A stretch of DNA of 63,945 nt, the filler included, from Stramenopiles sp. TOSAG23-2 (lineage: Eukaryota), in NCBI GenBank assembly GCA_900128395.1. It is 4 parts of 4 records of this genome, joined end to end, with 100 filler letters (N's around TTAATTAATTAA, not from the genome) between each part and the next. Parts side by side here need not be neighbours in the genome. Positions count along the whole stretch, not along the records: positions 1 to 16,885 come from LT649663.1; positions 16,986 to 33,853 come from LT649664.1; 2 more parts are not named here. The stretch is one strand, 5' to 3'. The notes beneath the pieces were generated by a model. It did not search any database. It was not told where the DNA came from and saw only the letters and a list, made by a program, of their open reading frames with translations. Numbering within the stretch: the stretch's first letter is position 1; the number at the start of each line of letters is the position of its first letter. Position numbers and translations under genes: made by a program. Shown here in pieces: positions 10,775 to 22,360 of this stretch.

Positions 10775-10969
10775 GTTTAATTTAAGTACTAATTTAGTAT
10801 ACTAATTTATGTATATTTGATAGAGAGATATTGGATATTACCCAAAATCGGATATTCGTAGTTTATTCATCAATATAACTATTGGCTGTTTTTGGATTTT
10901 TTGTAATATCCCTGACCTCTCTATCAAATATGCATAAATTAGTATACTGTATTAGTACTTAAATTAAAC
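10775..10969. mobile_element. MITE-like foldback: 75-bp imperfect inverted repeats around a 45-bp loop
   Basis: Arm 10775-10849 matches the reverse complement of 10895-10969 at 66/75 positions by hand alignment, with 3 mismatches in the outer 53 nt. Non-coding; no clear target-site duplication. Confidence 0.6.
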
Positions 10970-11355
10970 ACGTGAACAAGACAACAAGAAAAAAAAAATT
11001 AATAAAAAGAAAGAAAGGGTTTGCCAGTTTGGTGGTGCTGGTTTTTGCACCGTTTATTATTGTTATTATTTATTTCAATTATTATATACGTAATAATACG
11101 TATTGGATATTTGAATTTGCCACAACAGGAGGATGGATGGACCGACACACGAGAGATTTGATATTTTATGTAAAAAGGGAAATCTTTGTATAATACTATA
11201 TTAATAAGTGAAATATTTATATATATTATTTTAATAATAATAATATATATATATATATATACATATTCAATTCCTAGTGAATAGAATTTAAAGGATAATA
11301 TATATATTTTTTTTATTTATTTTTTTTTATTTTTTTTAGATATAAAACTAATAAA

Positions 11356-14300
11356 ATGTCGTCAACAGACGCAGAAATAACAAATGCAAAGACGGGGGAC
11401 GATAATAACCAACCAACATCACCAACCGAGGTGAAGTTGAATGACTTTGACAACTTGCCACAACCAGATACATGGTTGTATCGTAATGACAGTCTATCTA
11501 AAGCAAAGCGAGAAGTGTCACGGAGGTCATTAGCTGATTTGATGAATCCAAATGCAGAACCGACGGAAGAAGTTTTATTAGCGAAAAAAAAAGCAGAAGA
11601 CATTGTTAAAAGTGGAGGTGTTGACACTTCAAGTGGAGGAAAATTAACTTGGTTTAATGGTGTTATGGTACCATGTTTATTGAATATATGGGGCGTGATC
11701 ATGTTTTTACGTTTGACATGGGTTGTTGGACAAGCTGGCATCATCTTAACAATTGCCATCATTACATTAAGTAATTTAGTAACTACAATTACTGCATTAT
11801 CATTATGTGCAATTGTAACAAACGGGGAAGTAAAAGGAGGTGGTGCATATTATTTAATATCAAGAGCTTTAGGTCCAACATATGGTGGTGTTATTGGTTT
11901 GTTGTTTTTTTGTGCACAAGCAGTTGCTACATCTATGTATGTTATTGGATTTTCTGATAGTATCATTGATATAAGCAAAAAAAGTGGTGCAGATCCATTT
12001 ACAGGTGATTTTGCAAACGATCAAAGGGTTATAAGTACGATTACCATGGTACTCTTATTAATCACTGCATATGCTGGTGGTGCAGATGCATATGCAAAAT
12101 GCATGAACTTCTTACTTGTTGTATTAGTATTAAGCATGATTACCTTGTTCGTCGGTGTATTTGCACCAGATGTCCCAGATCCACTTGTAAACACTGGATA
12201 TGGTTTTATTGGATTTGCACGTCAATTGCCACAAGCATTTCTAGCAAAGTTAACAAATACAACATCAAGTTTCGCAAAATCGTTTGATAATAATGACATC
12301 TGGTTGCCTAATTATACAACAGATCCAACTACGATGATGTCACATGGATTTTTCAGTGTATTCTCCGTATTCTTCCCTGCCGTAACTGGTATTATGGCTG
12401 GTGCTAATATGAGTGGCGATTTAAAAGATCCATCTGCTGCAATTCCAAAAGGTACGATGCGCGCCATTGTATTGACGTACTTTTCATACATTTTACTTGC
12501 CATATTGGCTGGATTAGTATCTATTCGTTGCTCAGATATTCCGGAAAATGTCGGTCGATGCCCAGACGTAGCAGATGCAGCATGGGCAAGTAAAGCAGTA
12601 GCTGATGGAAATATACCACAGGGTGGATTATTGTATTCTAAATTGATCATGGAAAGTATTAGTGTATGGGGACCACTAGTATATGCTGGCGTATTTGCAG
12701 CTACGTTATCATCTGCATTGGCATCTATTGTTGGCGCACCGAGAATTTTACAAAGTGTGGCTGCGGATGGAATCTTTCCATGGCCTCTTTTAAATTATTT
12801 CGCAAAAGGAAGTGGAAAAGGAAACGAGCCATTGCGTGGATATGTATTGTCATTTGCAGTTGGTTTGGGTTGTTGCTTAATTGGTCAATTGGATGTTGTT
12901 GCGCCAATTATCTCTAATTTCTTCATGATATCCTACGCAGTGACAAATTATGCCTGTTTCGCCGCATCGATGTCACAATCACCAGGTTGGAGACCATCAT
13001 TTCAATATTACAACAAATGGTTAAGTTTATTCGGTGCTGTTTTGTGCGTTGTTACAATGTTTTTAATGGATTGGGCAAATTCATTGTTATCCGGAGGCGT
13101 TGGTATTTGCATTTTCGTATATTTACAAAATTTAGACCCGGAAACGCATTGGGGTCCAGCGGGGGAGGCAAGGACATACGTTGGCGCATTGCGTGGTATG
13201 GAAAAGTTACAAGGTATACGAAAAGATCATGTGAAAACGTACAGGCCACAATTTTTAATTATGTGCGGTTCCCCAGCAGCTGCACGTATGTCCTTGGTAA
13301 AATTTGCTACAATGATGAAACATGGGCATGGCGTTAATGTATATGGAAGCGTTTTAGTCGATAAAGATGATAACAACGAATCGGATGCACGGGATAAACG
13401 AAGACAAAAGATGAGAAAGGTTGATGATGCAAGGACAGAGATGTACTCATTTTTCTATGAAAATCCAAAAATTTGGGGTAAAGATGCAAACAATCGTGCA
13501 TTCTGTGATGTTGTTGGAGCAAAAACATTGCATGAAGGCTTTATATCGTTACTGCAACTTGGTGGTTTAGGGCGTTTAAAGCCAAATATTGTTTTATTTG
13601 GATACAAAGAAGGTTGGAAAGATGCAAGCACGGAAAGCGTTGCTGAATATGAAGCGTTGATTGCTGATTCAATGTATCACAATCGTGGTGTGTTGATTTT
13701 ACGTGATCGTAAAAATTCCTTGAAAAATTATAGTTCAATTGATAAGAAACAACGTTCATTATCATTCACTGGCGCTAGTGATAGCAGCGAATATAAATCA
13801 GTTGAACTTGCACCAAATTCTCCAAAAAAGATTGATGACGATATTCAAGATAACAAAGGCGATGATGATGAATTGGATGAGCAAGATGATATTAAGATTG
13901 GTATCGATGGAGAAACAAGTACACATCGATCAGCGTTAAATATCAACAAAGCAAATGTGAAGAAAACGAAAAGAATTGATATATGGTATTTAGGTAGTGA
14001 TGGTGGTTTAACACTTTTAATACCATGGTTATTACAGAAAGACCCTCGTTGGAAGGATTCTTCTTTACGGGTAACTCAGTTAACACATACTGGTGTAGAT
14101 GGTGGCGATACCGTGCGTTTGAGTGCATCCATGTCGAAATTGATGCATTTATTGCGTAAAATTCGTATTGTAGCAGATACAAATATGATCGATGCATCAT
14201 TAGCAGAATGGCCAATGGAAAAGACAATTAAAGAATACAAACAATTGTGTGAAAAAGTAAATTTAGATCATGGTATCCCAGATCGTGCAGATTCTGGAAA

Positions 14301-14520
14301 AGCAGCTCCAGATTTGAAAACGATTCGTATCTTGCGTTTAACAGAACAATTACGAGAGCATTCTTTCGATGCTGATTTAATATATATACAATTACCAATC
14401 CCAGAAAATACATTGGATGAAAAGCGTTATATGTCATACTTGGAAATACTATCAAATAAATTGCCAATGGTTTGCTTTATTCGTGGTAACAATGAAAACG
14501 TAATGACTATCTATGCCTAA
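11356..14520 (+). CDS. SLC12: SLC12 cation-chloride cotransporter (NKCC/NCC-like)
   Basis: Motifs GVMVPCLLNIWGVIMFLRL, NGEVKGGGAYYLISRALG, FFPAVTGIMAGANMSGDLKDP, SPGWRPSF, DHVKTYRPQ, DGGLTLLIP and C-terminal RGNNENVMT. Confidence 0.95.
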   Translation: MSSTDAEITNAKTGDDNNQPTSPTEVKLNDFDNLPQPDTWLYRNDSLSKAKREVSRRSLADLMNPNAEPTEEVLLAKKKAEDIVKSGGVDTSSGGKLTWFNGVMVPCLLNIWGVIMFLRLTWVVGQAGIILTIAIITLSNLVTTITALSLCAIVTNGEVKGGGAYYLISRALGPTYGGVIGLLFFCAQAVATSMYVIGFSDSIIDISKKSGADPFTGDFANDQRVISTITMVLLLITAYAGGADAYAKCMNFLLVVLVLSMITLFVGVFAPDVPDPLVNTGYGFIGFARQLPQAFLAKLTNTTSSFAKSFDNNDIWLPNYTTDPTTMMSHGFFSVFSVFFPAVTGIMAGANMSGDLKDPSAAIPKGTMRAIVLTYFSYILLAILAGLVSIRCSDIPENVGRCPDVADAAWASKAVADGNIPQGGLLYSKLIMESISVWGPLVYAGVFAATLSSALASIVGAPRILQSVAADGIFPWPLLNYFAKGSGKGNEPLRGYVLSFAVGLGCCLIGQLDVVAPIISNFFMISYAVTNYACFAASMSQSPGWRPSFQYYNKWLSLFGAVLCVVTMFLMDWANSLLSGGVGICIFVYLQNLDPETHWGPAGEARTYVGALRGMEKLQGIRKDHVKTYRPQFLIMCGSPAAARMSLVKFATMMKHGHGVNVYGSVLVDKDDNNESDARDKRRQKMRKVDDARTEMYSFFYENPKIWGKDANNRAFCDVVGAKTLHEGFISLLQLGGLGRLKPNIVLFGYKEGWKDASTESVAEYEALIADSMYHNRGVLILRDRKNSLKNYSSIDKKQRSLSFTGASDSSEYKSVELAPNSPKKIDDDIQDNKGDDDELDEQDDIKIGIDGETSTHRSALNINKANVKKTKRIDIWYLGSDGGLTLLIPWLLQKDPRWKDSSLRVTQLTHTGVDGGDTVRLSASMSKLMHLLRKIRIVADTNMIDASLAEWPMEKTIKEYKQLCEKVNLDHGIPDRADSGKAAPDLKTIRILRLTEQLREHSFDADLIYIQLPIPENTLDEKRYMSYLEILSNKLPMVCFIRGNNENVMTIYA

Positions 14521-14947
14521 GATGTAATGATATATTAATGATATTTGTTAGAGATGAAAGAATCACACACAGTGTGTAGAATTATGGATAGAGAGAAAAA
14601 GTGGGGGTACTGATGTAGAAAAGAGAGGAGGATGAGTGCTAAAAACTTTTCATTACATATTAATATATATACTAAAACACGGAAAAAAAATGAAAAAACG
14701 CAATTTATCCTAGGCTTTTCAGACCACTGGTAATCTGGTAGACTACCAGGTAATCATCATCAGCAAAAAAAACACATCATCAATATTATTAATTTTATTA
14801 TATTGATATTCAATATAATATATATATATATAATATTGTGGATTATGAAATAAAAGAGAAACACATTTATAATCAACAAACATCGAAAAATTTATATACA
14901 TATATAGGGTATCCAAGTTAAAAAGAAAGAAAACAACAGGGAAAAAA

Positions 14948-16624
14948 ATGAATGAAATCAAAGTGTTGCTTATCGTGTGCTTAGTTGCACTATTATGCAG
15001 CGTGGGCAAGGCTAAATTAGTGAACACACCTACATTACATAAAAATTGGAAATCACTACATTTTGTGAATGACATTAGCTCGATGAAAATGTCAGTAACA
15101 CTTGTTTTGAAACATTCAAACTTAAACAAGTTGGACAAAGTGTTGTTGGATGTATCTACTCCAGGATTAAAAAGCTATGGCAAACATTTGACCATCGATG
15201 AAGTGAATGATTTAACTCGTCCGAGCACATTGACTTATAGTACGGTATATGATTGGTTGAAAATTAATAACTTGGCAAAGAAAACAACTGCAGTCCAAGG
15301 TGGAAGTGCATTAAAGATTACTGCAACTGTGAGCGATTTTGAAGATGCATTCAACACAACGTTTGAAATGGTCACTGATGGCAATAACGTTAAAACGCGA
15401 GCAGGGGATTATGTTTTACCAAAATGTTTTGAGGGTAATGTTGTTGCTGTGTTTGGTATGCACGGGTTACCACTACCGAAAAATAAATTTATCCAAACGA
15501 AAGCGGTAGCGAATGGTTTTCAAGTGACACCAATGCTTCTTAAAACGACTTACAATGTTTCAGGTGTAAAAGGAAGCGGTAGTAAAACGAACAGGCAGGC
15601 AGTTGGAGAATACGTGGGCGAAACATTTAAAGCTTCTGATAATACTGATTTTTTCAATCAATACGTAAGTGGTGCAAAACCAGAAGACTCAATATTGTAC
15701 AAAGTTGTTGGAGGCAAACTTGGCGCTAGCTCTTCCCTGGAACCGGCTTTAGATGTTGAATATATTATGGGAGTGTCACCAGGTGTATTAACTGAATATT
15801 GGGAGTATCAGCAACAAGATTTTTGTTACGATTTGCAACAATTTACTGCAAAAATTCTTGACACACAAGATTTACCAAATGTATTTTCAATTTCGTATGG
15901 CTGGCAGGGGGACTTATCTACGGTCGGGTGTAAACCAGCAGAAGTCGAGGCGGTGGAAATCAATTTCCAGAAAATTGGTGCACTTGGAGTTAGTATGATT
16001 GTTGCTAGCCAGGACTCTGGTGCTGCGTGTGATGGTACTACATGTTGGGCATCATGGCCAGGAACATCACCATATGTTACTTCTGTTGGAGCTACGAGTT
16101 TCGAAGGTGGTCAGAGTAGTAAGCCAGAGATGGCGTCGGTTCAGTTTGGGTCAGGCGGTGGATTTTCTACTCGTTTTGAACGTTCTAATGCGAAGTGGCA
16201 AGACCAGGTGGTAAATAATTACTTAGCAAGTGCGAAGGGACTCCCACCCAAATCTATGTATTCACAAAATGGCCGCGCATGCCCGGACATAAGTGCTTTG
16301 GGAGAGAATTACCAAGTTATTGCAAATGGCGAGTTGCAACCACCTGTAGGAGGCACATCTGCTTCAACGCCAGTTTTTGCTGCGATGGTATCTTTAATAA
16401 ACGAAGAGCGAGAAAAACAGGGGAAAGGTTCGATGGGATTTTTAAATCCATTCATATATGCCAATCCACAAGCGTTTACTGATATTACACAAGGAAGTAA
16501 CAAAATTAATCGTGGTGGGCAGCCAACAGAGTATGGTTACGATACGGCTGTTGGCTGGGATCCTGTAACTGGCCTTGGCACTCCATTGTTTGAACAATTG
16601 TTGTCTGCTGCACTAAAGAATTAA
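14948..16624 (+). CDS. Secreted/lysosomal sedolisin (peptidase S53, tripeptidyl-peptidase-I-like) with pro-domain
   Basis: Signal peptide; pro-domain SYGKHLT; catalytic EPALD, SQDSG and GGTSASTP; Ca-binding DITQGSN...GWDPVTGLG. Confidence 0.93.
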   Translation: MNEIKVLLIVCLVALLCSVGKAKLVNTPTLHKNWKSLHFVNDISSMKMSVTLVLKHSNLNKLDKVLLDVSTPGLKSYGKHLTIDEVNDLTRPSTLTYSTVYDWLKINNLAKKTTAVQGGSALKITATVSDFEDAFNTTFEMVTDGNNVKTRAGDYVLPKCFEGNVVAVFGMHGLPLPKNKFIQTKAVANGFQVTPMLLKTTYNVSGVKGSGSKTNRQAVGEYVGETFKASDNTDFFNQYVSGAKPEDSILYKVVGGKLGASSSLEPALDVEYIMGVSPGVLTEYWEYQQQDFCYDLQQFTAKILDTQDLPNVFSISYGWQGDLSTVGCKPAEVEAVEINFQKIGALGVSMIVASQDSGAACDGTTCWASWPGTSPYVTSVGATSFEGGQSSKPEMASVQFGSGGGFSTRFERSNAKWQDQVVNNYLASAKGLPPKSMYSQNGRACPDISALGENYQVIANGELQPPVGGTSASTPVFAAMVSLINEEREKQGKGSMGFLNPFIYANPQAFTDITQGSNKINRGGQPTEYGYDTAVGWDPVTGLGTPLFEQLLSAALKN

Positions 16625-16812
16625 TTTTTCCCGTGACGGGAAAGAGGTACGAACTTAAATTATATGTACGACTTTTGTGTATAATCTCTCTGAAGTCTAG
16701 AAAAGTATAATGGCGAGAAAACCACAACTACATTACATGAAAAAAAAATCATCTGGGAAATTTTTTAAAACGAAGATGTATAAAAAAAATAAAATTTATC
16801 CATGTAATATAA

Positions 16813-16885
16813 TATGATGGTTAAAATCTCTTAAGTTATAATATTTTTACACTTCTCGTGTTAAAGTAATATGCTCAATACTCAA
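16813..16885 (+). repeat. Dispersed 3'-intergenic repeat, copy A (cut by contig end)
   Basis: ATGATGGTTAAAATCT..TAAGTTATAAT...ACTTCTCGTGTTAAAGTAATATGCTCAATACTCAA matches the copies at 50662 and 56934. Confidence 0.9.
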
Positions 16886-16985
16886 NNNNNNNNNNNNNNN
16901 NNNNNNNNNNNNNNNNNNNNNNNNNNNNNTTAATTAATTAANNNNNNNNNNNNNNNNNNNNNNNNNNNNNNNNNNNNNNNNNNNN
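16886..16985. other. Artificial contig-joining spacer (N44-TTAATTAATTAA-N44)
   Basis: Identical 100-nt spacer occurs three times. TTAATTAATTAA puts stops in all six frames. Confidence 0.98.
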
Positions 16986-17239
16986 TTTCCTATTCCTATA
17001 TTTCTATTTAACAAAATATAATTCTTAGAATAAAAATGAGAATGAGAAATACATATAAAAAATAATAACCGAAATGTGCAAATGTGCATGCAAATATAAA
17101 AAAATACAAATAATACTGTACACAGGTATAATAGCATCATAAGCACCAACTAAACTAAAATAAATACGTATTATAGTATAATATCAGTATTGTGCTATTG
17201 CTGTTCCATTTAATAAATATTTTGATGGAAATGTGCATA

Positions 17240-17271
17240 TTTAAGTATACTATATCGATAGTATACTTAAA
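17240..17271. repeat. Perfect 14-bp inverted repeat with 4-nt loop
   Basis: TTTAAGTATACTAT-ATCG-ATAGTATACTTAAA. Confidence 0.85.
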
Positions 17272-17824
17272 CTGAGCTGAGCGTGGCCGTAGACTATAGA
17301 AGGTGTACAGTATTACGCCCTAGATGGGTTGTGGCTGTCCATAGGCTATAGGCTGTCCAGCAGCTGTCCAGCTGTCAATAAATAAAACACTAAAACAACA
17401 AATCACATCTACTACCGTTATTATTATTAAATAAAAAAAAATAGTAATAATAATATAATACTACGAATAATAATTTCAATAATAGACAATCAACAATCAA
17501 CAATCAAGGAGTTGCAGGTAGAGAGAGCAACCTAAATTTATATACAGTACGTACACAATTCAACAACGACATTGAATCAAATTAGTTACACACATATAAT
17601 ATAATATATATATAAGTTATAGTGTAGGAACACAGAACGGAAAGTCTATTTTGAAACAAAGGTAATTGTATACGTCCGTCGTTTGTCCATTTTTTGTGTT
17701 GCATTTTTGTGTTTAGTTTGATTTGGTGGATGAATATATACATATAGATATATACGCAGCTAGATAGATAGATTGATAGATAGATATAGTTAGTTTGAGA
17801 ATAATATAATTAAGAAACACTAAG

Positions 17825-20724
17825 ATGAGTGCAACAGCTAGTACTGATATTGTTAAAGTAGATGATGGTCAAACAACTGAAATTGCAATAGATGCACCTT
17901 CGTCCCCTGATCCAAATATGAAATTGGCATTACCACCATCTGGCTTTACAGAAGATGAAGCAAAAGTTTTAGAAATTAATGGTCCACACGTCATAACATT
18001 TGGTTGGGGTGACCATGGTCGAACTGGTATCACAAAAGAAACATATGAAATGACGCAGCTATCACCACGGCCAATATTTTTAACTATTCAGGAACAAATT
18101 AAAATTGCAGAAGAAGAAGCAAAATTGAAAAGGAAAGGAAAAAAGAAGGCAAAACATTCTGTTGACAAGAAAGCGCCATGCTGGAGTAGTATACCGTTGC
18201 CTTTAGTATCTTTATTGGGAAATAAAACAAAGGGTAAAGTATGTGAAGTTGCTTGTGGCGATAGACATACAATTGTTTTAACAAATAAAGGTCAATTATG
18301 GGCTTTAGGGGATAGCGCTTTAGGTGCTTTAGGTACAGGTGGGCATGATGATTGGTTTGATCCAGATGCAGAAGTCCAAATGCGTCCAAAAATGGCACGT
18401 AGATACATTTTTAAACCACCAAAATCAACCCGAACTATAAAACATACCAATGCAAAACCGTTAGAAGTTGATATAAAAAGTGCTGGATGTAAATTGGCTG
18501 TACATATATATTGTGGTGGATTTTCATCTTATGCGTTAAGTGGAGATGGGAAGGTATATTCTTGGGGAGAAAATACACATGGACAATTAGGTTTAATGAA
18601 TGATGAGGAAGAAAAGGCTTGGCTTGAAAAAGAAGAAGAAGAAAAAAAAAATGCTAGAAAAAAAAGTTGGAAGCAACCGAAGAAAAAGAAAAACGATGGG
18701 AGTGATGATGAGGAAGAAGATGGTAAAAAATCAAATAGCAAACAAGAAACGGAAAAAGAGGAGGAGAAAATTTATGATGAATTAGGAAATGAAGTAGAAG
18801 TTAAGCCATTAAAAATATTGACAACGCAACGAGTACCTCGATTAATACGGAAATTAAACAAACAAACCATTAAACAATTAGCAGTTGGGCATAGACATGT
18901 ATTAGCATTAACCAAAGGTGGTGGTGTTGTCTATTCTTGGGGTTTCAATAATTGTGGACAATTAGGGACGATGGATACTGAACATCAAAGATTACCAAAA
19001 CGCGTTACTTCATTGCGAGGTGCTGTTGTATTAGAAGTAGCTTGTGGGCGACATTTTTCAATCGCTGTCGCTACTACGGATCATTATAATTTTTTAGGCA
19101 ATCGTTTAGCCCGTAAGGTGAAAAAAGAAAAGATAAAATTACGCTTAGTCCTGACATGGGGTGAAAATAAAAATGGGCAATGTGCAGCTGGGCATTATAA
19201 ATCACCAGTTTTAAAGCCTCATACTGTCGTACCATGCGCTAGTTGGGGTGAAAAGGATGGTGGCGCTAAAAAACCTGTAAATATATTAGGCGCCGCTGCT
19301 GGATGTTTTCATAGTTTATTCCGCGATGAGCAAGGGCGTCTCATGAGTGCCGGTAACAATCGTTTTGGACAATTAGGAATGGGGGATTTATATGACCGAT
19401 GTCATCCCTTATTCATCGATACGATAGGTGCAGTTGCAAAAATGGCATGTGGATCTAGATGGTGCTTAGCTGCACAAGGGAATGGTATGTTACATACAAA
19501 GCAAAATACATTTTGTGTATCCATTATATAATTATATACATTTATCTTTGTTAAATGTTACTAACAATTACATCTTAATTACCATACTATAAAAAATATA
19601 TGCATATATTCTGCATCTTATACATTTATATAGGAACAATATGGGCATGGGGTAGTAATGTGTATGGGGAAATTGGTACAGGTAATAAATCATTATATTT
19701 ACAACCTGTAATATTGAAACATTTAAAAGAAGTTCGGCCTGTTCATTTAAGTGCAGGTAATAGGCATAGTGCTATAGTGGTAACAGACAATCCCGATGAT
19801 AGCAAACCTGCGTTTAGAGCTGCATATACGCATGAAACTATTACTATTAGTGAAGATAGGCGAACAATTACAAGGATCGGTGAGGAAGATAATTTTTTAG
19901 TTGGTAGCGTTGCGTTACCTGTTGTTTCTGATGGTAAATATCGATGGGATGTTAGTCTTGATGCCATGAATACGGACATGAACCCGGTAGTAATTGGTCT
20001 ATGTTTTGAATCTGTTGATTTATCTTGTGATCCAACATATATTTTAAATTCATGGAATTACATGTCTACTGGCGAGAAATATAATGTTGAGGAAGGTGCA
20101 GAGGATTACGGTGAGGCATATTTTGAAGGAGATATTATTGGTGTAGAAGTAGATCGTGACATTGGATATATTCGATTTTACCGTAACAATGTACAGCAAG
20201 GTATTGCATATTATGTAAATTTTGAGAGCGAGGATCGTGATGTGTATTTGTATGTTGGTTTGCCTGGGCAAAACGATAAAGCGACTGTCATGGTATCAGA
20301 TGATAACGAGGTAGATGAAGATGAGGACGAGGATGAAAATTTGATATGCTTAAATGAAGAAGATGATGAATCTAAGAGACATGCTCCGTTGCAAGTGTAT
20401 TTTTTTTGTGCAAGTTGTAAGGTGCATATATGTCGATCATGTGCGTATCAGTGTCATAATGGACATGCTGTTGGATTAAAAATACAACACGGTTTTCGGT
20501 TATGTCATTGTACAAAATCGAAGCCAGCCGATCACCGTTGTATTTCTTTACCAGAAGTTGATTCGGATGAAGAAGGTGGTGGTGGTGGCGGCAGACGTGT
20601 TCGTAGGCATAAAAAACCTGGAGAAAAGAAAGTGAAGAAATACAGCAGTTTAGTGCCACCTTCAAAACAAACGTTTTTAGAGTTATTAAATTCGCATCCT
20701 CCAGGGTATGAGGTGAAAAAGTGA
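17825..20724 (+). CDS. RCC1-repeat + SPRY + C-terminal UBR/B-box-like zinc finger protein; 2 exons (17825-19484, 19634-20724)
   Basis: RCC1 repeats (VACGDRHT, VYSWGENTHGQLG). Intron 19485-19633 (GTATGT...TACTAAC...TAG) gives AAQGNGTIWAWGSNVYGEIG in frame. SPRY motif GDIIGVEVDRDIGYIRFYRN; zinc finger CASC...ICRSCAYQCHNGH...CHC. Confidence 0.88.
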
Positions 20725-20890
20725 GAGAATCATCATATCTCTTGTTGTCGAGAAAGATTTAAAAAAATTTCTTTTTTTTACGCACGTGTATATATAAAAT
20801 ATAATTACACTCGAGTATATATTTTAGTATGATAATAATATATGCATATTATAATACGAGTAACTTTATTTTTTAATTTTTACACGCACA

Positions 20891-21000
20891 TGATAATTCC
20901 TACTCTCCAGAAAGAATATGATACAATAACTGAGACAATTAGTATGATATGATATGATATGATATGATATGATATGATATCTATGTCATATCTCACTAAA
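20891..21000 (+). repeat. Dispersed 3'-intergenic repeat, second module (copy F), interrupted by a (GATAT)n microsatellite
   Basis: TGATAATTCCTACTCT..AAAGAAT..ACAATAACTGA..TATCTCAC matches 44555-44612. About 7 GATAT units lie at 20946-20980. Confidence 0.8.
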
Positions 21001-21353
21001 CTGAAAGATGGACAATGAATCGTATCATTAACAGTGTATGTACTATGATATACATGGAAAAATAAAACTTAAAATTATGTAAACTTGTAACATACACACA
21101 CCTCTGTTTATGACATGACAATATGCATATATTTATACGAATATATCTATATTTTTACGAATTCGTACACGTATTTTATAAATACGAGTAATTTTATTTC
21201 ATATATATATATACATATATTGTGAATATAAGATTATGAGTAAATAAAATATCTTTATAAATTATAAATAAGAGGAATTATTTTATATATTTTTAAATAA
21301 AAAATATATACATTTTATCTACGTACGAAGCCGTATACTTTTAGAGAGAGCAT

Positions 21354-21863
21354 TTAACAAAGTTGAGACATGAATTTTGAAGCAACTATACGTGCACGTG
21401 TATTTACTGAAATTTTCATTTCACTTATCTCTTTATCAATTTCTTCCATAAAATGTATAACAAAATCAACTAACTTATGTTTCAACATTTTCTCTCCATG
21501 TGTATTTGTAATAAGGAAGCTCAAGTCGTATCCATCCACTGCTTTCCTTCTTAATACTGAAAACTGCTCTGCGCGTTGCATTAAGAATCTTGAAAACTTT
21601 TTACATAATATGGCTTCCATTTCGTCTGCTTGTTTAATACAAACACTAACACGCACAGAGTTAATAGATGGCTCAATTAAACATTTTTCCTCCGCATTCC
21701 TACTTATAACAACTGGGTTCAAAACCAATTCTTTACTAGATTTAATTTCTACTTCAGGCTTGTTGTGCCTTTCTACAGTTTGTGACGGAAAATCTCGTAA
21801 ACACAATGCAGCAGTAAGTGATGCCCTAATTGCATTTAAATATGGTCGTAATGTAGTTGACAT
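21354..21863 (-). CDS. ARPC4: Arp2/3 complex subunit 4 (p20)
   Basis: [36 protein letters not shown]...[21 protein letters not shown], near-canonical. Confidence 0.98.
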   Translation of the reverse strand: MSTTLRPYLNAIRASLTAALCLRDFPSQTVERHNKPEVEIKSSKELVLNPVVISRNAEEKCLIEPSINSVRVSVCIKQADEMEAILCKKFSRFLMQRAEQFSVLRRKAVDGYDLSFLITNTHGEKMLKHKLVDFVIHFMEEIDKEISEMKISVNTRARIVASKFMSQLC

Positions 21864-22173
21864 ATTTTATATTTATGGCAAATTAATCCAGATGTCGTAC
21901 TTTGACTCAATATATGTCTTTATCGTTTGCCTTTCAACAACTTTAATACATGTATATGTATATATACTATGTGTTCCAATTATCCTTTTTAGTTGTAATA
22001 TGTAATATTAATATCTTTTAATTTTCCGCCCATTCATTTTTTCATTCATTATTGGCACATTGTAGTATCAACACATTATTGTGCTATTCACACATGATGC
22101 CGCCTGCGTGCTAACCTGGCTAAGCTAAGGCCTGGCCTTAGCTGGCTTTTGTCTATTATCAGTATTCAGGGAC

Positions 22174-22187
22174 AATAGACGACTATA
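22174..22187 (+). promoter_or_regulatory. AATAGACGACTATA candidate promoter motif
   Basis: Exact reverse-complement copy at 49051-49064 on another contig. Both are in divergent intergenic regions. Confidence 0.45.
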
Positions 22188-22243
22188 AATCATACCTTAA
22201 TATTACAGTATTATATACTATATACTTTTTACTTTATCCTCTG

Positions 22244-22360
22244 CTGGCATTTTCTTCATGTGGCATTTTCCTGGCATTCTGGCATTCCAGCATTCCAGCA
22301 TTCCAGCATTCTGGCATTCCGGCATTCCCAGCATTCCAGGCATTCCATTCCAGCATTCTA
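22244..22360. repeat. Degenerate ~8-bp tandem repeat (GCATTCCA/GCATTCTG), 12 GCATT cores
   Basis: ctggcattct ggcattccag cattccagca ttccagcatt ctggcattcc ggcattccca gcattccagg, read directly from the sequence. Confidence 0.9.

Noticed and set aside
16886-16985. TTAATTAATTAA inside N runs (also 33854-33953 and 50811-50910) as a biological repeat or PacI site
   Set aside because: It is an identical 100-nt six-frame-stop linker. The complete contigs are 16868 and 16857 bp, consistent with size-sorted concatenation.
19486-19633. Two separate genes or a frameshifted pseudogene at 17825-19531 and 19600-20724 (likewise the split EXO1 and Yip1 ORFs)
   Set aside because: Canonical GT-AG introns with branch points restore the frame exactly.
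21370-22005. 211-aa plus-strand ORF overlapping ARPC4
   Set aside because: Antisense shadow of a highly conserved gene with no recognisable motifs.
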